A stretch of 64,000 nt of DNA from assembly GCF_009914755.1 (NCBI RefSeq), contig NC_060928.1. One strand, given 5' to 3'. This document shows positions 33,152 through 47,810 of this stretch, piece after piece. Each line of letters starts with the position of its first letter. Position 1 is the stretch's first letter. The stretch comes from the human T2T-CHM13v2.0 reference genome, Homo sapiens. The notes beneath the pieces are model-generated. The model saw nothing but the letters and a program-made list of their open reading frames with translations, was not told where the DNA came from and did not search any database. A program made the position numbers and the translations under genes.

Positions 33152-36100
33152 GAGAGAATACTTCTCAATTGGTGAAATAAACCTTTAGAAGTTTGCTAAT
33201 TGAGCTTTTTTTGGCTTACAAATGATCTTCATTGAGATACTTTTATGTCTTTTACGTATGCTTCCAAATTTACTCTGACACCAATTCCCTGTGATTTGAT
33301 TCACTAGCAAGGCTACTTTGTTAGAAAATTAGGAGACTGGGTTTTACCTCCATTTATGCCTAAATTAGCTGTGAACCCATTCAGGTCACTCACAGACTAC
33401 ATTTCTTATTATCCAAATAAAGGATAACTGCTGAGTTGGTACATTAACTCTATGACATGATTTTCTGTTACTTAATTTGATAACTATAAACATAATGTAG
33501 CACCTTCAAAATATGGTTATAACATAGCTCAAAGGATTTTATATAATAAGTGTCTAAAAGCAAAATGTAAAATTAGTTATGATTTAATTTCAAATGCACA
33601 AAACTCTCTTTGCCCCTTGTTAATGAAACTTTTTACATGCATGTCAAGAGTTATGTATCAGTACATTTCAGCCAGATTCTGGAACTAGAGTGGACAGACT
33701 AGGTAAGCAAGGGTATCCCTTTGAAAACTGGTAGTGTTTTCCATGGCAGAAGCAAGAGTCAGAGATCTTAACCTGAAAGTACTGCAAGAGCTTATCTATA
33801 AATGTTTAAAATAAGTAATAAAGATGAGCAATGACTATTAATATTTACAGCAAAAATGAGAAGATGTTATTTCAGTGCGTAATTTTCAGGGGAAAAAACC
33901 CCATTGGGCTGATTTACTTATAAGTTTACATTTTTGCAAATCAAATTAGACTGATTACATGACAAATCTGATGATTGATGGGCCAAAATGGATTATTTCA
34001 TCCATCATTTCTCTCCCTGTAAATAACACTCTAAGACATATAGACACAAAGTTAATCACACTCGATATGGAAGACAATTTGTATTCAGATATGCCTGAGT
34101 ACACCACAAAAAAATTTATCTTTTCTTCAGTAGCATGGATCAAGCTGAAGCCCGATATCACAACCTTGAAGGTATAAAAATAATCATTCAGATACTCACT
34201 AGGATGGGCAAAATTCACAGAAGCATTTTACTGAACTTCTCTCAGTATAAAATTTGTTATCACCACCCATACCTGAGTTACCTTGGTCCAGGCTATTGCT
34301 TAAATTATTGCAACAGGCCCTAGTTGTCTCCCTGCTTCCACTCTTGATCTTCTCTCATCACCACAGAGCTGTCAAGAGTAATCTTAGACCAATGGACTCT
34401 AGTTATATCAGGTTGTATAAATTGACTCTCCCACTAAACACAATTTAAAACACCAGACTAACATATTTTCTAATTGCCACAAAACCTTTGAAGAGCTGAA
34501 AAGATAGCATAAAAACTGCCAGGCCAAATTTCGGAGAAATGTTTAAACCCAGATAACCAGATTAATGGAGCAGCAAAGATATTTAAATGGTGTTTACAAA
34601 TGCCACACATTTGAACTTAAGGTTGTGATTTACTGAGGTGAGGAAGACAGATTTTGATGATTTAGTGGGGTGATGAAGACAGAATTTCAGTTGCATTGAC
34701 TGTCCAGTGGAGATAATCACACAGCTACTCTTCAAACGTTAAGCTGAGACCAGGGCCAGTAAGTACAACTGCACATTGTAAAACAATGGGGGAATTGGAA
34801 TGGCAAGGGGAGCTGGGTAGGCATTCTGATACATTACAGTGTAATTTGTGACTCCTGAAATTATGCAGTATATAAAATGTAAAAGCCAAAAGAAACAGCC
34901 TTATTTGGATCCCATAGGTTTAATCCTCAGGATAAAGGCAAACCTCAATAAAACAATGTTAACTTAAGCCCGGTATAATGCAGAGCAGCTTGCTATAATG
35001 CTGATTAAAGCAAGGAACAAAAAGGGGAAATAGAAAAATTATCCTTCCTGAGAAGTTCCATCCACAGACCACCCTTTATGTGCATTGCATGGGTGGCTCA
35101 TGTATGTCATCTAGGTGGGTCAGGAAACGTCAAGTCATGGCTTTGGTTTAAAGTGGTCATCTAACGGTAGTGTTCCCAGGCACCTGACAGAAGCAAACAC
35201 AGAGATCCAGAGGAGGACAAATTTACCCCAGCCTTCATGATAATTCAAAAATGATTATTTCAAGAGCAATGACCAGCACTTTCTAAAGATAGACAGGTAC
35301 ATGGAGGTTAAGGAGAATGACTGTATTAAACAAATGGTATAGTTTTTCTTTTCTCTGCTGATGTGTAAGGTATTTCTAGCAGATTTCAAATCACCATAAA
35401 TACTTTCATTCCAATTCTAGGCTCTCTCTCCATTTCTATTTTTTAGTTTGAGAATACTACCCTGACTTGAAAAAGATAGCTTTAAACATCTTTTTGCTTG
35501 ATAACGCAACTCCACTTTTCCTGTACTCTCTTCTTTCCTCTAGAATTATCATAGCTAATTTTGAATCTTGATTTTTAATATAATGTTTAGACACATGATA
35601 AATTTGATGTTAAAGCATAATTTGGAACTATTTCAAAGTAGTAATAAAGAGAGAATGGCATGTTTATGATATTGAGCATTTCAACAATATTCTGTGTCAC
35701 TTCCCTTCAAGGTTAAATTCCTACAAGTGTGTGTTTTGGCCTGTTCAGAGGCTGTGCCCATGGTTAGGCCACATGGATGGTAGCCCCATTTGATTCCATT
35801 ACTTGTGAATGGGCTGCAGTTTCTCAAGAATTTGTTGTAGAAAAAGCAAAAAGAGATGCTTTTAGAAATATTTCTCTTTTCTTTCCTCAAATATCCTTCA
35901 AAGCTGTTCTTTTATCACAATCTTTTAATTGTAAATTATGACAATGAAATTGATAAAGTTTGCCAATGCTACTATTATTTATCAAATTCTTAGGATAGTA
36001 CAAACATAACATAAAATGTTTCAAATGCATTTGCTCATTCAATACTCATGAAAACATTATTAAATAGGGCAGATGGTCAGCCATACACACAGGGACAGAC

Positions 36101-37565
36101 ATACTGGTTTTTAAAATATTGAATTATTTCCATGACAGAGAGTAAATAGCCACTTCCCCATTTCCCTGGTGGCTTCCTGTTCAGCATCTCAGCTGTGCTT
36201 TTTCCTTAGCATTCTTCACAGCTGCTTGCAATCCAGCAAATAGCAGGGACCATTTGTCCCAGTTGGGTGCACTAATTAACTATACCAGTGCTGGAACCAG
36301 CATCCTTTCAAAGGAGGGGTCAGTGCCTCTGGTGTACCAGTTATTGGTATTTTAAATATAATTCTTAGAAATGAGAAAATTGATCCTTAGAAATCTAAAA
36401 TATAAAGCATGCTTATATCACACAGCTTTGCATCTTATGGAATTAAATATGGTTCTGTAGAAAATGCTTTCAATGAGATGCCACAGACAATTAGATCAAA
36501 GTGTCTTGTGAAACTCCTCTCATTGAGAGAGATCTTAGACCTCTGGTTTTAGAATTTTGAGCATTTATTTATTGAACCCTCTATTTTTTATTGAGTTTAG
36601 ATACAACTATAAAAGTGTAATTCACAGTCAAATTATTTATAAATTTTTGCAACTTTCAGATCCACCTGTTTACTGATGCCCTTTGACTCTATAAATAATT
36701 TTGTTCAACTAGAAAACACAGGATTCATCAGCTATGTGTCAAAATTTCTTTATGTTGTTATAATTTGTTCCCTAAATGAAATCTATCACGTTTAAATTCA
36801 AAGTTGGAAACCCAGAGATGAAGAAACAAACATTGCCACGGCATCTGTGAACACAAATGTCCTACAGTAAAAAATGTTTATTAAACAAAAATAACTGAAA
36901 AGATCATAACATCTGAATGTATTTGAAACAATTATTTCTGATGATATTTTACATTTTTCAGTGAATACTTAATGAATTTATTTAATAATCCAATAAACAC
37001 AAATTGATTATAATTTATATTGGCTATAACAACATAAACTAAATGTGCAATAATAGAAACATTATTTTACAAATAATGACATATACCATATTGAGTATTT
37101 TGCAGTTATTTTAAGTTATGAATGTAGAAACTAATAGACAGTAAAATCATTATAATACTAAGTGTAAAAATTTGAATATAGAAATGTAAATACTTTCTTA
37201 TTTTTAAATGATGTTTTCCTTCTGTCATCACATATTCAATGTGTTTATGACACAACTATAGCCAAATTATGATTAAATTCTACCAACATTCAATTTCTCT
37301 AGTACTATGACTTTTTGCCCTCTGTAAGTCATTTTGTTTCAATTTATGTAAAAAATTATTGTGTGATATTTGAAAGCAGCAGTTAGCCATGATTCTTACC
37401 ATTTATAAGGATAGTTGGTCTGCAGTGACAGTAAAGAAAACCATATAAAGAGAACAATTAAAATTAGAAACAGCATATCTTGTAGCAATTGTAGCCTCTG
37501 CTCAAATCTGGGCAACAGAGTTGGACTTTGTCTCAATAAAAATATGTATATTTTTAATGAGACAC

Positions 37566-37916
37566 TGTATTTGTTTTCACGCTGCTGACAAAGACATATT
37601 TGAGACTGAGTAATTTATAAAGAAAAAGAGGTTTAATGGACTCACAACTCCACGTGGCTGGGGAGGCCTCACAATCATAGTGGAAGGTGCTGTCTTACAT
37701 GGTGGCAGGCAAGATAGAATTAGAACGAATTGAAAGGGGTTTTCCCTTATAAAACCATCAGATCTTGTGAGACTTATTCACTACCACAAGAACAATATGG
37801 GGGTAACTGCCTCATGATTCAATTATCTCCCACCAGGTCCCTCCCACAACACTTAGGAATTATGGGAGCTACAATTCAAGATGAGATTTGGGTGGGGACA
37901 CAGCCAAACCATATCA
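37566..37916 (-). mobile_element. Solo THE1B-like LTR
   Basis: tgtatt...cagccaaaccatatca, about 350 bp; perfect TSD gacac at 37561-37565 and 37917-37921. Confidence 0.95.
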
Positions 37917-39682
37917 GACACCAATGTGTTCAGTCTTAAAAACTGGAAGAATGGAGTTTTTCCTAAATGAGATGGAAAGACTATAGAAGGAAGCTGGTTT
38001 GGAAGAAAGCATCAGTAGTGCTGTTTTATATATCTTAGTTTTAAGATGTCACAAACATATAAACTTGTATTTATTTGCAATCATATGTGTATCTTTCTCT
38101 CTTGTGATAAAAAAGAGATGATTCAATGCTAATAGTTCCATTCTATGGTGGATTTCATCCTTATTTTCAAGAGTCATCAATCTTTTGATTTATACATCTT
38201 CAGGTTATCCCAAGCTCTACTTGTTCTTTGTTTTTCTCTCTTTTTTTTCAGACACCCTGGAAAGCCTTCCTTCTTTTCCCTGTTTCTAGACTCAGTGTCC
38301 CTCAGGGTCTGTTTTAGGCCTTCTGCTCTCAGACCCCATGTATTCTTCTCAAGGAGTATCACCAACTTCAAAGTCCATGTCACCAGCTCAACCCTGGGCC
38401 TCAAGTTCCAATCATGTCTACTTGGGCTTCTCATTCTCACAGGGGCACATCAAACTACATTCTTCAAAACTGAAAATCCCATTCCCCTCAATGCTCTGCC
38501 TTAATCAAATAAACTTCTCTTAGTTATCAACTTTAGTAAAAGATACCATTCTATCTAGACCTGAAACTTCTTCTTACCTCCCACATCTATATCCTTAACC
38601 AATTCAACTTCATGACTTAAAGAGAAAATAGAAAGGAGTGGAAACAGATAATAATGTGCTCATTCTTTTCAGGTGGAAGCTGCAACCATGCCACACAATA
38701 AAGCATTGAATTATTCTTTTTCTATTATTAAAATAGAATAGAGGTGGATTATATCATATCTTCTAAGTTTCTTTCTGATGATGATGATTGGTTGTTTCAT
38801 CTGAAGACATGTTATATCAACTTCATGTCAGGCACCATGAATCACTCTATCAAATTACATTCATGGGCTTCAAATCACAGCTGGAATTATATCCTATGTA
38901 TGAATAGATGTGAAGTTTCAGGGAGAATAGGAAAGTAAAATCATTTAAGTACTTCCTACATTTGCCCTCTCATTTGCATTTCACATCAGTTATTTGAAAT
39001 GAGAACTAGCATTTCTTCTTTATGCATAAGGGAACTGAGACACAGAACTGTTAAGCAAATTGCTCCACATCACACATTTAGAACGTTATGGACTTAGGTT
39101 AATACATCACTTCTTTAAAATCTTTTTTTTTCTTTAAAATCTTTTATTTCTGCTATAAAAAAATGCTATGTATATTTTCTTATTCATGACTCGACACTAT
39201 TCTGCTGAAATTAATAATAAGCATATTAATTTGAGGTTATATTTTATTGTATAAATTTTTGAAGTAGAAAGTAATAAAGGAAATTAGAAGCTGGTGAGCA
39301 TTAGGTACTATGCTATGTGCTTCACATAAGGTATTTTATTAATTCATTTATCATAATAATTGTGTTACTGGCATCACATTTTACAAAGTAGATAATAGTC
39401 CCAGGGAATATATGTGAGGAATCCTTCTTTACCAAATGTTAGAAACAAAACTCAAATAATTTAAGTAAACATAACATTTTATGGCTTATTTAATTAAATA
39501 AGAAGTAGATGACTTACGAAGGAAAATAAATGAATAATGTAAAGGACATACACATAGCTAGGCTTGAGAAACAATTGGATCCACCAAAACTAATTCACTG
39601 ACTCTCTCTCTCTATTGAATCTCTCTCTCTAATATCTCTGTCTATTGTTGTACATAGTATTAGTTTTCTTATACAACACAGC

Positions 39683-40267
39683 TGTATTATGTAAGGTTCT
39701 CCAGAAAGACAGAACAAATAAGATAAATATAGACATATAGGTATGTGGATATATGAGAGACAAATTGATATGAAAATTGATTTATTTAGTTATGAACCCT
39801 GAGAAATCCCATAAAAGACTGCCTACAAGCTTGAGAACCTGGGATGCTGGTAGTGTCCCAGTCCAAACCATTTGTGGCTCAGTTCAAGTCCCAAAGCCCC
39901 TGAACCATAGAAACCAATGGTATAATTCTTAGACCACAAGCCTGAGAGCCCAAGGGACCACTGGTGTAAGTATTGAAATCTAAAGGTGAGAAAGCCTGAA
40001 GTTCTGTTGACTAAGGATAGGAAAAGAGTGTTATAGCTTCAGAAGAGAGAGGGAAAAACACCTTTTATTTCTTTGCTTTTTTTGTTTCATTCCAGACCCC
40101 AGTTGATTAGATAATGCCCAGTCACAATGAGGGCAGATCTTCCTTGCTCAGTCCGTGATTCATACACCAATCTCCTCTGAAAACAACCTCACAGACATAG
40201 CCAGAAGTAATGCTTTATGAGTTCTCCGGTATTCTTTAATCCAGTCAAGTTGACAACTAAAATTAAC
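39683..40267 (-). mobile_element. MLT2B-like ERVL LTR
   Basis: tgtattatgtaaggttctccagaaagacagaac...gcagatcttccttgctcagtcc...aacctcacagacatagccagaagtaatgcttt...aatccagtcaagttgacaactaaaattaac. Confidence 0.85.
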
Positions 40268-40341
40268 AGGAGTCAACAAAGAAATAGGAAGTTATAGGAT
40301 CCAGGAAATGAGGCATTTGATATAAGAAAAATGCTGAAATA

Positions 40342-43300
40342 GGGAAGGACAACATGGCCAACTGATGCAGCCAGGTGCAACAGCTCCTACCGAGGTGCTG
40401 AGACAACTGGCATGCTCTTAACAGATCTTTAGAAGGAAAACACTGAGAGTGGTTGGAGGGAGGACACAGAATCTGGACTGAAGGCAAAGAAATCTGGGAA
40501 CCTTGTATGGGCCTACGGCACACTGGACTCATTCCTGGCTGTGGGAGAACAGGTGAGTTGAACTAATGAGTAATAACTGACTCTCACCACAGGCCTCCAG
40601 AACCCCAGCAGGAGGATGCCTCTTGACCACCATGAACACCCATATTGGCAGAGAGAGCTCCTTAGAGAAGTGGTAGGGGCAGCAAGCCAGCTGATTTGGA
40701 CCCCAGAGGGTTTGGCGTGGGAGTGTCTGTAGCAGAGCATGCCTAGGGACAGCCATCCTCTTAGGCTTCACTCACTCCCATTGGAGATTTTATCCTTAGG
40801 GCAACTGTCAGACCTGATCTCTGCAGGGCAGTCTTGCCCATCAGACAGGGCTAGGTTGACCTGAGCAGACCTTGGTCTGCTGGCCTCTCCTGGGGCCCCA
40901 GCCTGGCCACACCTGTTTGCAGGGCAGTCTTGGGTGCCCTAGGGACCTGCACCATAACTTGTGCTAGTGGATTGTGCCTGACCAGGACCATGTGGCTCCT
41001 ATGGCCATACACCAGCCCACCCACTTGCTACCCATATTGCAGCTTCCCTCAGGCCCAAAGAAACTACCCAACTCACTCTTGCTGATGTGTGTCTGCATGG
41101 GTGAGTTTTGCCTTTCTTGCCCCACCAGGATGCAGGAGTGCAGTCTGCCTTCCCTCCCCCTGCCAACCACCATTTCAGACAGAGCCTTGGCAGGCACAGA
41201 GCCATCCAGCCCTGCCTGCAACAGTGCCCAGCCCTTATCCTATCACTACAGAGAACAGCAGATCCTCCCCTACCCTGAGCAATCACTCTTTCTTGTGGGA
41301 AACACAGAAGGCACATAGTCCTGTGTCCACAAGTTCCCCACTACAAGCCAACACTACCTCCAGCATGACTGTACAGACAATCCTCAGCAGCTAGGCCCAT
41401 TCACTGTCAAGCTGCATTGCCTCCACCACCATGGTGAATGCCCCCAGGGAGTCAGGCACCCAGTCCCCACCAGCACTCTGCCATAGCTGCTACACCTTGG
41501 CCATTCCAGTGAAGTGGACTCTTAGCCTTGAAGGACAGAGAACAAAATTGGGGCCCAATACAAGTCCCCTAGAGTTTGAGCACACAGTCCAGGAGTTGGG
41601 AACTTTGTGTTTGCCCTGTAAAATCTTCCAGAAATGAAGCCATTTAGCTGAATCTACTGTACATCAAAATCAAACCCTCAGGTCATCAAATAGGATAAAA
41701 GAAAAAAACAAAGATCAACAACGTCAAAGGTTGAAGGTAGATAAGCCCACAAAGATGAGAAAGAATCAGTGCAAGAAACCTGAAAACTCAAAAAAACAGT
41801 GTGCCTTCTTTCCTCCAAATGACCATTTTACCTATTCAGCAAGGGTTCTGAACAGGGCTGAGATGGCTAAAATGACAGAAATAGGATTCAGAATATGTAT
41901 AGATACAAAGATCATTGAGCTAGAGGACTATGTTGAAATCCAATCTAAGAAAGCTAATAATCATGATAAAACAATTCAACAGCTGACAGACAAAATAGCC
42001 AGTATAGAAAATAACATAACTGATCTGACAGAGCTGAAAAACACACTAATAGAATATAATAATGCAAACACAAGTATTAATAGCAGAATAGACAAGCAGA
42101 AAAAAGAATCTCAGAGCTTAAAGACTAACTTTCTGAAATAAGACAGACAATAATAGAGGAAAAACAATGAAAAAAATGAATAAAAGTTCCAAGAAATATT
42201 TGATTATGTAAAGAGAACAAATCTACAACTCATTTGTGTCACTGAAACAGATGGGAAGAATGGGACCAACTTGGAAAACACATTTCAGGATATCATCCAT
42301 GAGAACTTCCTGAACTTGCCTAGAGAGGCCAACAGTCAAACTCAGGAAATGCAGAAAACCTAGTAAGATACTTCACGAGGAGATCATCCTGAAGACCCAC
42401 AGTTATCAGATTTTCCAAGGTCAAAATAAAAAAAAAATTGGTAAAGGTAGCTGGAGAGACAGGTCAGGTCACCTACATAGGGAAATGCAACAGACTAAAA
42501 GTGGACCTGTCAGAAGAAACTCCACATGGCAGAAAAGATTGGGGGCCAATATTCAACATTCTTAAAGAAAAAAATTTCAACCCAGAATTCCATATTTGGC
42601 CAAACTAAGCATTATAAGTGAAGGAGAAATAAGATCCTTTTCAGAAAAGCAAATGCTGAGGGAATTTGTTACCACCAGACCTGCCTTACAAGATATCCTG
42701 AAAGAAGCACTAAATACAGAAAGCAAAGATTTTTACCAGCCACTACAAAAACACTCTGCAGTACACAGAGCAGTGATGCTATAAAGCAACCAAATAAAAA
42801 ACCTGCAAAATAACCAGTCAACATCATGATGGCAGGATCTAATCCACATATATCAATATTAACCTAGAATGTAAATGGGCTAAATGCTTCAATTAAAAGA
42901 CACAGTGGCAAACTGGATAAAGAACTAAGACCCATTTGTATGCTGCCTTCAAGAGACCCATCTTACATGCAATGATGCACATAGACTGAAAATGTAAGGA
43001 TGAAGAAAAATCTACCAAGCAAATGGAAAACAGAAAAAAGCAGGAGTTGCTATAGTAGTTCCAGGTAAAACAGGCTTTAAACCAATAAAAACCATAAAAG
43101 ACAAAGAAGGGCATTACATAATGGTAACATGCTCAATTCAATGAGAAGATATAACTATACTAAACATATATGCATCCAACACAGGAGGACCTGGATTCAT
43201 AAAGCATGTTCTTAGGGACCTTCAAAGAGACTTAGACTCCAGCACAATAATAGTGGGAGACTGTAACATCCCTCCGACAATATTAGACAGATCACTGAGA

Positions 43301-46300
43301 CAGAAAATTAACAAAGATATTCAGGACCCGAACTCCACACTGGATCAAATGGACCTTATAGATATCTACAGAAATCATCACTGCTGCCTCCCCCGCCAAA
43401 AAAAACCCCAAAATATACATTCTTCTCATCATCACATGGCACATACTCTAAAATAAACCACATAATTGGAAGTAAAACACTCCTCAGCAAATGCAAAAGG
43501 ACTGAAATTATAACAAATGATCTTGGACTACAGCACAATCATATTAGAAATCAAGACTAAGAGATTAACTCAAAACCATACAATTGCATGAGAATTGAAT
43601 AACCTGCCCCTGAATGACTTTTGGGTGATTAATGAAATTAAGGCAGAAATCAAGAAGTTCTTTGAAGTTAATGAGAACAAAGATACAACATACCAGAATC
43701 TCTGGGACACAGGTAAGACAGTGTTAAGCGGGAAATTTATAGCACTAAATGCCCACATCACAAAAAATAAAAAGAAAAAAAATCTCAGATTAAAAACCTA
43801 ACATTATTACTAAAAGAACTAGAGAACCAAGAGCAAACAAATAGCAAGCTAGTAGAAGACAAGAAATAGCCAAAAGAGCTGAACTTAAGGAGATTAAGCC
43901 ACAAAAACCATTTAAAGATCAACAAGTCCAGGAACTGGTTTGTGAAAAGATTAATAAAATAGACCACTAGCTAGATTAATAAAAAAGAAAAGAGAGAAGA
44001 GTCAAATAAACACAATCAGGCACAACAAGGGGGATACTACCACTAATGCCACAGACATACAAACAATCATTGAAAAATATTATGAATACCTCTATGCACA
44101 TAAACTAGAAAATCTAGAAAAAAATGAATAAATTCCTGGATCCATCACCCTCTCAAGATGTAACTGGGAAGAAATTGAATCCCTGAACAGACCAGTAATG
44201 AGCTCTGAAATCGGGTCAGTAATGAATAGCCTACCAAGCAAAAGAAAGCCCAGGACCATACAGATTCACAGCTGAATTCTACCAGACGTACAAAGTGCTG
44301 GCAGAATTTCTGCTTTCTGCTTAAACTATTCAAAAAAATTGAGAAGAGGGACTCCTTTCTAACTTATCCTATGAGGCCAGCATCATCCTGATACTAAAAC
44401 CTAGCAGAGACACAACAACAATAAAAAAGAAAACTTCAGGCTAATATCCTTGAAGAACATTGATGCAACAAAATACTGGCGAACCAGATCCAATAGCACA
44501 TCAAAAAGCTTATCCAACATGATCAACTGGGCTTCATCACTAGGATGCAAGGTTGGTACAATGCACACAAATCAATAAATGTGATTCATCACATAAACAG
44601 AACTTAAGACAAGAAAACACGTAATTATCTCAATAGATGTAGAGAGGCTTTCAATAAAATTCAACACCCCTTCATGCTAAAATCTCTCAATAAACTAGGT
44701 ATTGAAGGAACATGCCTCAAAATAAGAGCTGTCTCTCGCAAACCCACAGCCAGCATCATACTGAATGGGCAAAAGCTGGAAGCATTCCCCTTGCAAACTG
44801 GCATAAGATAAGGATGCCCTCTCTCACCACTTCTATTCAATATATTATTTGAAGTCTTGTCTAGGGAAATAAGACAAGAAAAAGAAACAAAGGGCATCCA
44901 AATATAAATAGAGAAAGTCAAAGTATCCCTGTCTGCAGAGGACACAATCCAATATCAGGAAACCCCATAGTCTCAGCCAAAAAGCACCTTAAGCTGATAA
45001 GCATCTTTCACAAAGTCCCAGGATACAAGATCAATTTGCAAAAATAACGAACATTACTATAGACCAACAATAGTCAAGTCAAGAGCCAAATCAGGAGCAC
45101 AATCCCATTTACAATTACCAAAAAAGAATAAACACCTAGAAATACAGCTAACTGGGGAAGTGAAGGATCTCTACAGGGAGAACTACTACAAAACATGGCT
45201 CAAATAAATCAGATATGACACAAACAAATGGAAAAACTTTCCACGCTTATGGATAGCAAAAATCAACATCCTTAAAATGGCCACACTGCCCAAAGCAATT
45301 TACAGATTCAATCCTATTCCTACTGAACTACCATTGACATTTTTCACAGAACTAGAAAAAACTATTTTTAAATTCCTATAGAACCAAAAAAGAGTCCGAA
45401 TACCCAAGACAATCCTGAACAGAAAGAACAAAGCTAGTGGCATCATGTTACCTCACTTCAAACTATACCACAGGGCTACAGTAACAAAATAGCATGGTAC
45501 TAGCACAAAAACAGACATATAGACAAATGGAACAGAATAGAGAACCCAGAAATAAGACTGCATACTTACAGTCATCTGATCTTCAACAAACCTGACAAAA
45601 AAAAATGGGGAACAGATTTCCTATTCAATAAATGGTGCCAGGATAACTGGCTATTCATATTCAGAAGATCGAAACTGGATCCCTTTCCTGTATCATACAA
45701 GAAATAATCTCAAGATAGTTTTACATATAAAACCCAAAATTGTAAAATTTTTGAAAGACAACCTAGGCAATACCATTGTGAACCTAGGAACAGGAAAATA
45801 TTTCATGACAAAATCACAAAAAGCAATTTTAACAAAAGCAATAATTGACTAATGAGATTTAATTAAACTAAAGAGCTTCCGCATAGCAAAATGAACTATT
45901 AACAGAGTGAACGGACAAACTGCAGAATAAGAAAATTTTTGCAAACTATGCATCTGACAAAGGTCTAACATCCAGCGTTTGTTTAAGGAATTTAAACAAA
46001 TGGGTATTTGGTATGTATCCAAAGGAATACAAATCCTTCTATTATAAAGACACATGCACATGTATGTTCATTGCAGCACTATTGACAATAGCAAAAATAA
46101 ATGAAATCAACGTAAATGCCCATCAATAAAAGACTGGATAAAGAAAATGTGGTACACACACACCTTCAAACACTATGCAGATATAAATAAGAATGAAATC
46201 CTGTTCTTTGCAGGAACATGGATAGAGATGGGGGCCATTATTTTTAGCAAACTAATGCAGAGACAGAAAAGCAAATATCACATATTCTCACTTATAAGTG

Positions 46301-46533
46301 GGAACTTATAAATGATGAGAACACATGGACACATAGAAAGGAACTATAGACACTGTGACCTATTGGAGGGTGCAGAATGGGAGGAGAGAGAGGATCAAGA
46401 AAAATAGCTAGTGAGTACTAGGTTTGATACCTGGGTGATGAAATAATCTGTATGACAAACCCCGTGACACAAGTTTACCTGTATAGAAAACCTGCCCATG
46501 TACCCCTGAACTTAAAATAAATTACAAAAAAAT
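40342..46533 (+). mobile_element. Near full-length older L1PA (L1PA12-15-like) with decayed ORF1 and ORF2
   Basis: 5'UTR about 40342-41750; ORF1 coiled-coil remnant 41731..42141 and C-terminus 42596..42784 (AKLSIISEGEIRSFSEKQMLREFVTTRPALQ); ORF2 remnants from about 42830; 3'UTR and A-tail; degenerate TSD aagaaaaatgctgaaata (40324-40341) / aagaaaatactgaagta (46534-46550). Confidence 0.95.
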
Positions 46534-47429
46534 AAGAAAATACTGAAGTACATTTTTATTTAAACAGGGGTTAAGAAGGAGTAATGAGTAATCAGTACAA
46601 ATTGAAATAGGAAGATTTGTGTCTTCCCCAATAAAAAAAAAGGTGAAAAAAAAAGACTGAATGTTTACTTTATGTGTTTTTCCCTATTGAAAGGAGTTTC
46701 ACACTTTCATTAAATATTTGTGTCAGGAATAATTAAGGATAAATACATAAAAAAACTAAGCCAAACTAAGCCAAAATAATCAAGACAATTTGGAAATGAG
46801 AAAATAAGTAGCATCACACAACAAGGAAATGATTCATCATAGCACACAGCAGCACACAAGGCTTAGTATTGAATAATATTAATTTATACATAATTTGTAT
46901 GTATAAATAATTACTTACGGAATAATTGTCACATATGAGATACAAAAATTTATCTTGGATGCATAGGGTTAGCAAATGTAAATGGTGAGTGATGAGGAAA
47001 CAAGGCTAAAGTTGTATTTTTCATATTGAGAAGTTAATAGATATAATGTGTCAAAGTGAAAAGAAACAGTATCGATGCATTATTTAGAAATACCAGAAAG
47101 AATAGCTATAATAATTAGAAGTAGTCACCTTTGGAGAATGAGAGCCGGGAGTAGGGTGTTTTAAGACTTACAGTGCTACTTGACTTTTTAAAACTAGGTG
47201 CATATGTTAACTTTGATAAGAATACAATTTAGTGAAATAACATGGGAAAAGAAGCCACGAAGACCAGACCAGTAGTTGCATCGAAGGTATAGAAAGGTAC
47301 AGAGATGAATTCTGCTCTCTAATAATTTCAATGTTGTATTGATAATGATGTCACCTTGCACATGTAAACCACTTTGCAGATAACAAGGAACCTGTAAAAA
47401 GATCAAGAAAAGTACATTTTCTCCATGTG

Positions 47430-47810
47430 CCTCCTTCTTTACATCACTTCATCTTTTCTGATGTTCTTCACCTTGTGCAATGTCTTTCAACGCTTCTCAA
47501 TGGCAAACTCCTACTCATTTCTCATCATGACTCTAAAAAAATCATCCTTTCTATAAAGCCTTTGCATATACTCCTCCCTCTCACAACCACATTATTTCTT
47601 CATTTAAGCCTCACATCACATACAGCCTGTGGTTTCATCACGGCACCCCCATGCTCTGGCACTATGAGTTACTTACCTATTTGTCTCCCTGATGGACTGT
47701 GAGCCACTGTTGAGTGGGGATGTTTTATTCATGTTTGTGACCTTGCTGCCTTTCACGGAATCAAGGAACATACTAAGTCGTAATTCATATCTGCTTAATT
47801 AATGAGTTAG
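47430..47810 (+). mobile_element. L2 fragment
   Basis: ggcaaactcctactcatttc...tgtctccctgatggactgtgagccactgttgagtgggg...atctgcttaattaatga. Confidence 0.65.

Noticed and set aside
37654-37666. Possible PRDM9 hotspot motif in the THE1B LTR
   Set aside because: The minus strand reads CCTCCCCAGCCAC and lacks the T at position 7 of CCNCCNTNNCCNC; this is the ordinary consensus variant.
38660-38705. Acceptor-like ttcttttcag|g followed by AATAAA
   Set aside because: The implied terminal exon is only about 45 nt, and both motifs are common in AT-rich DNA.
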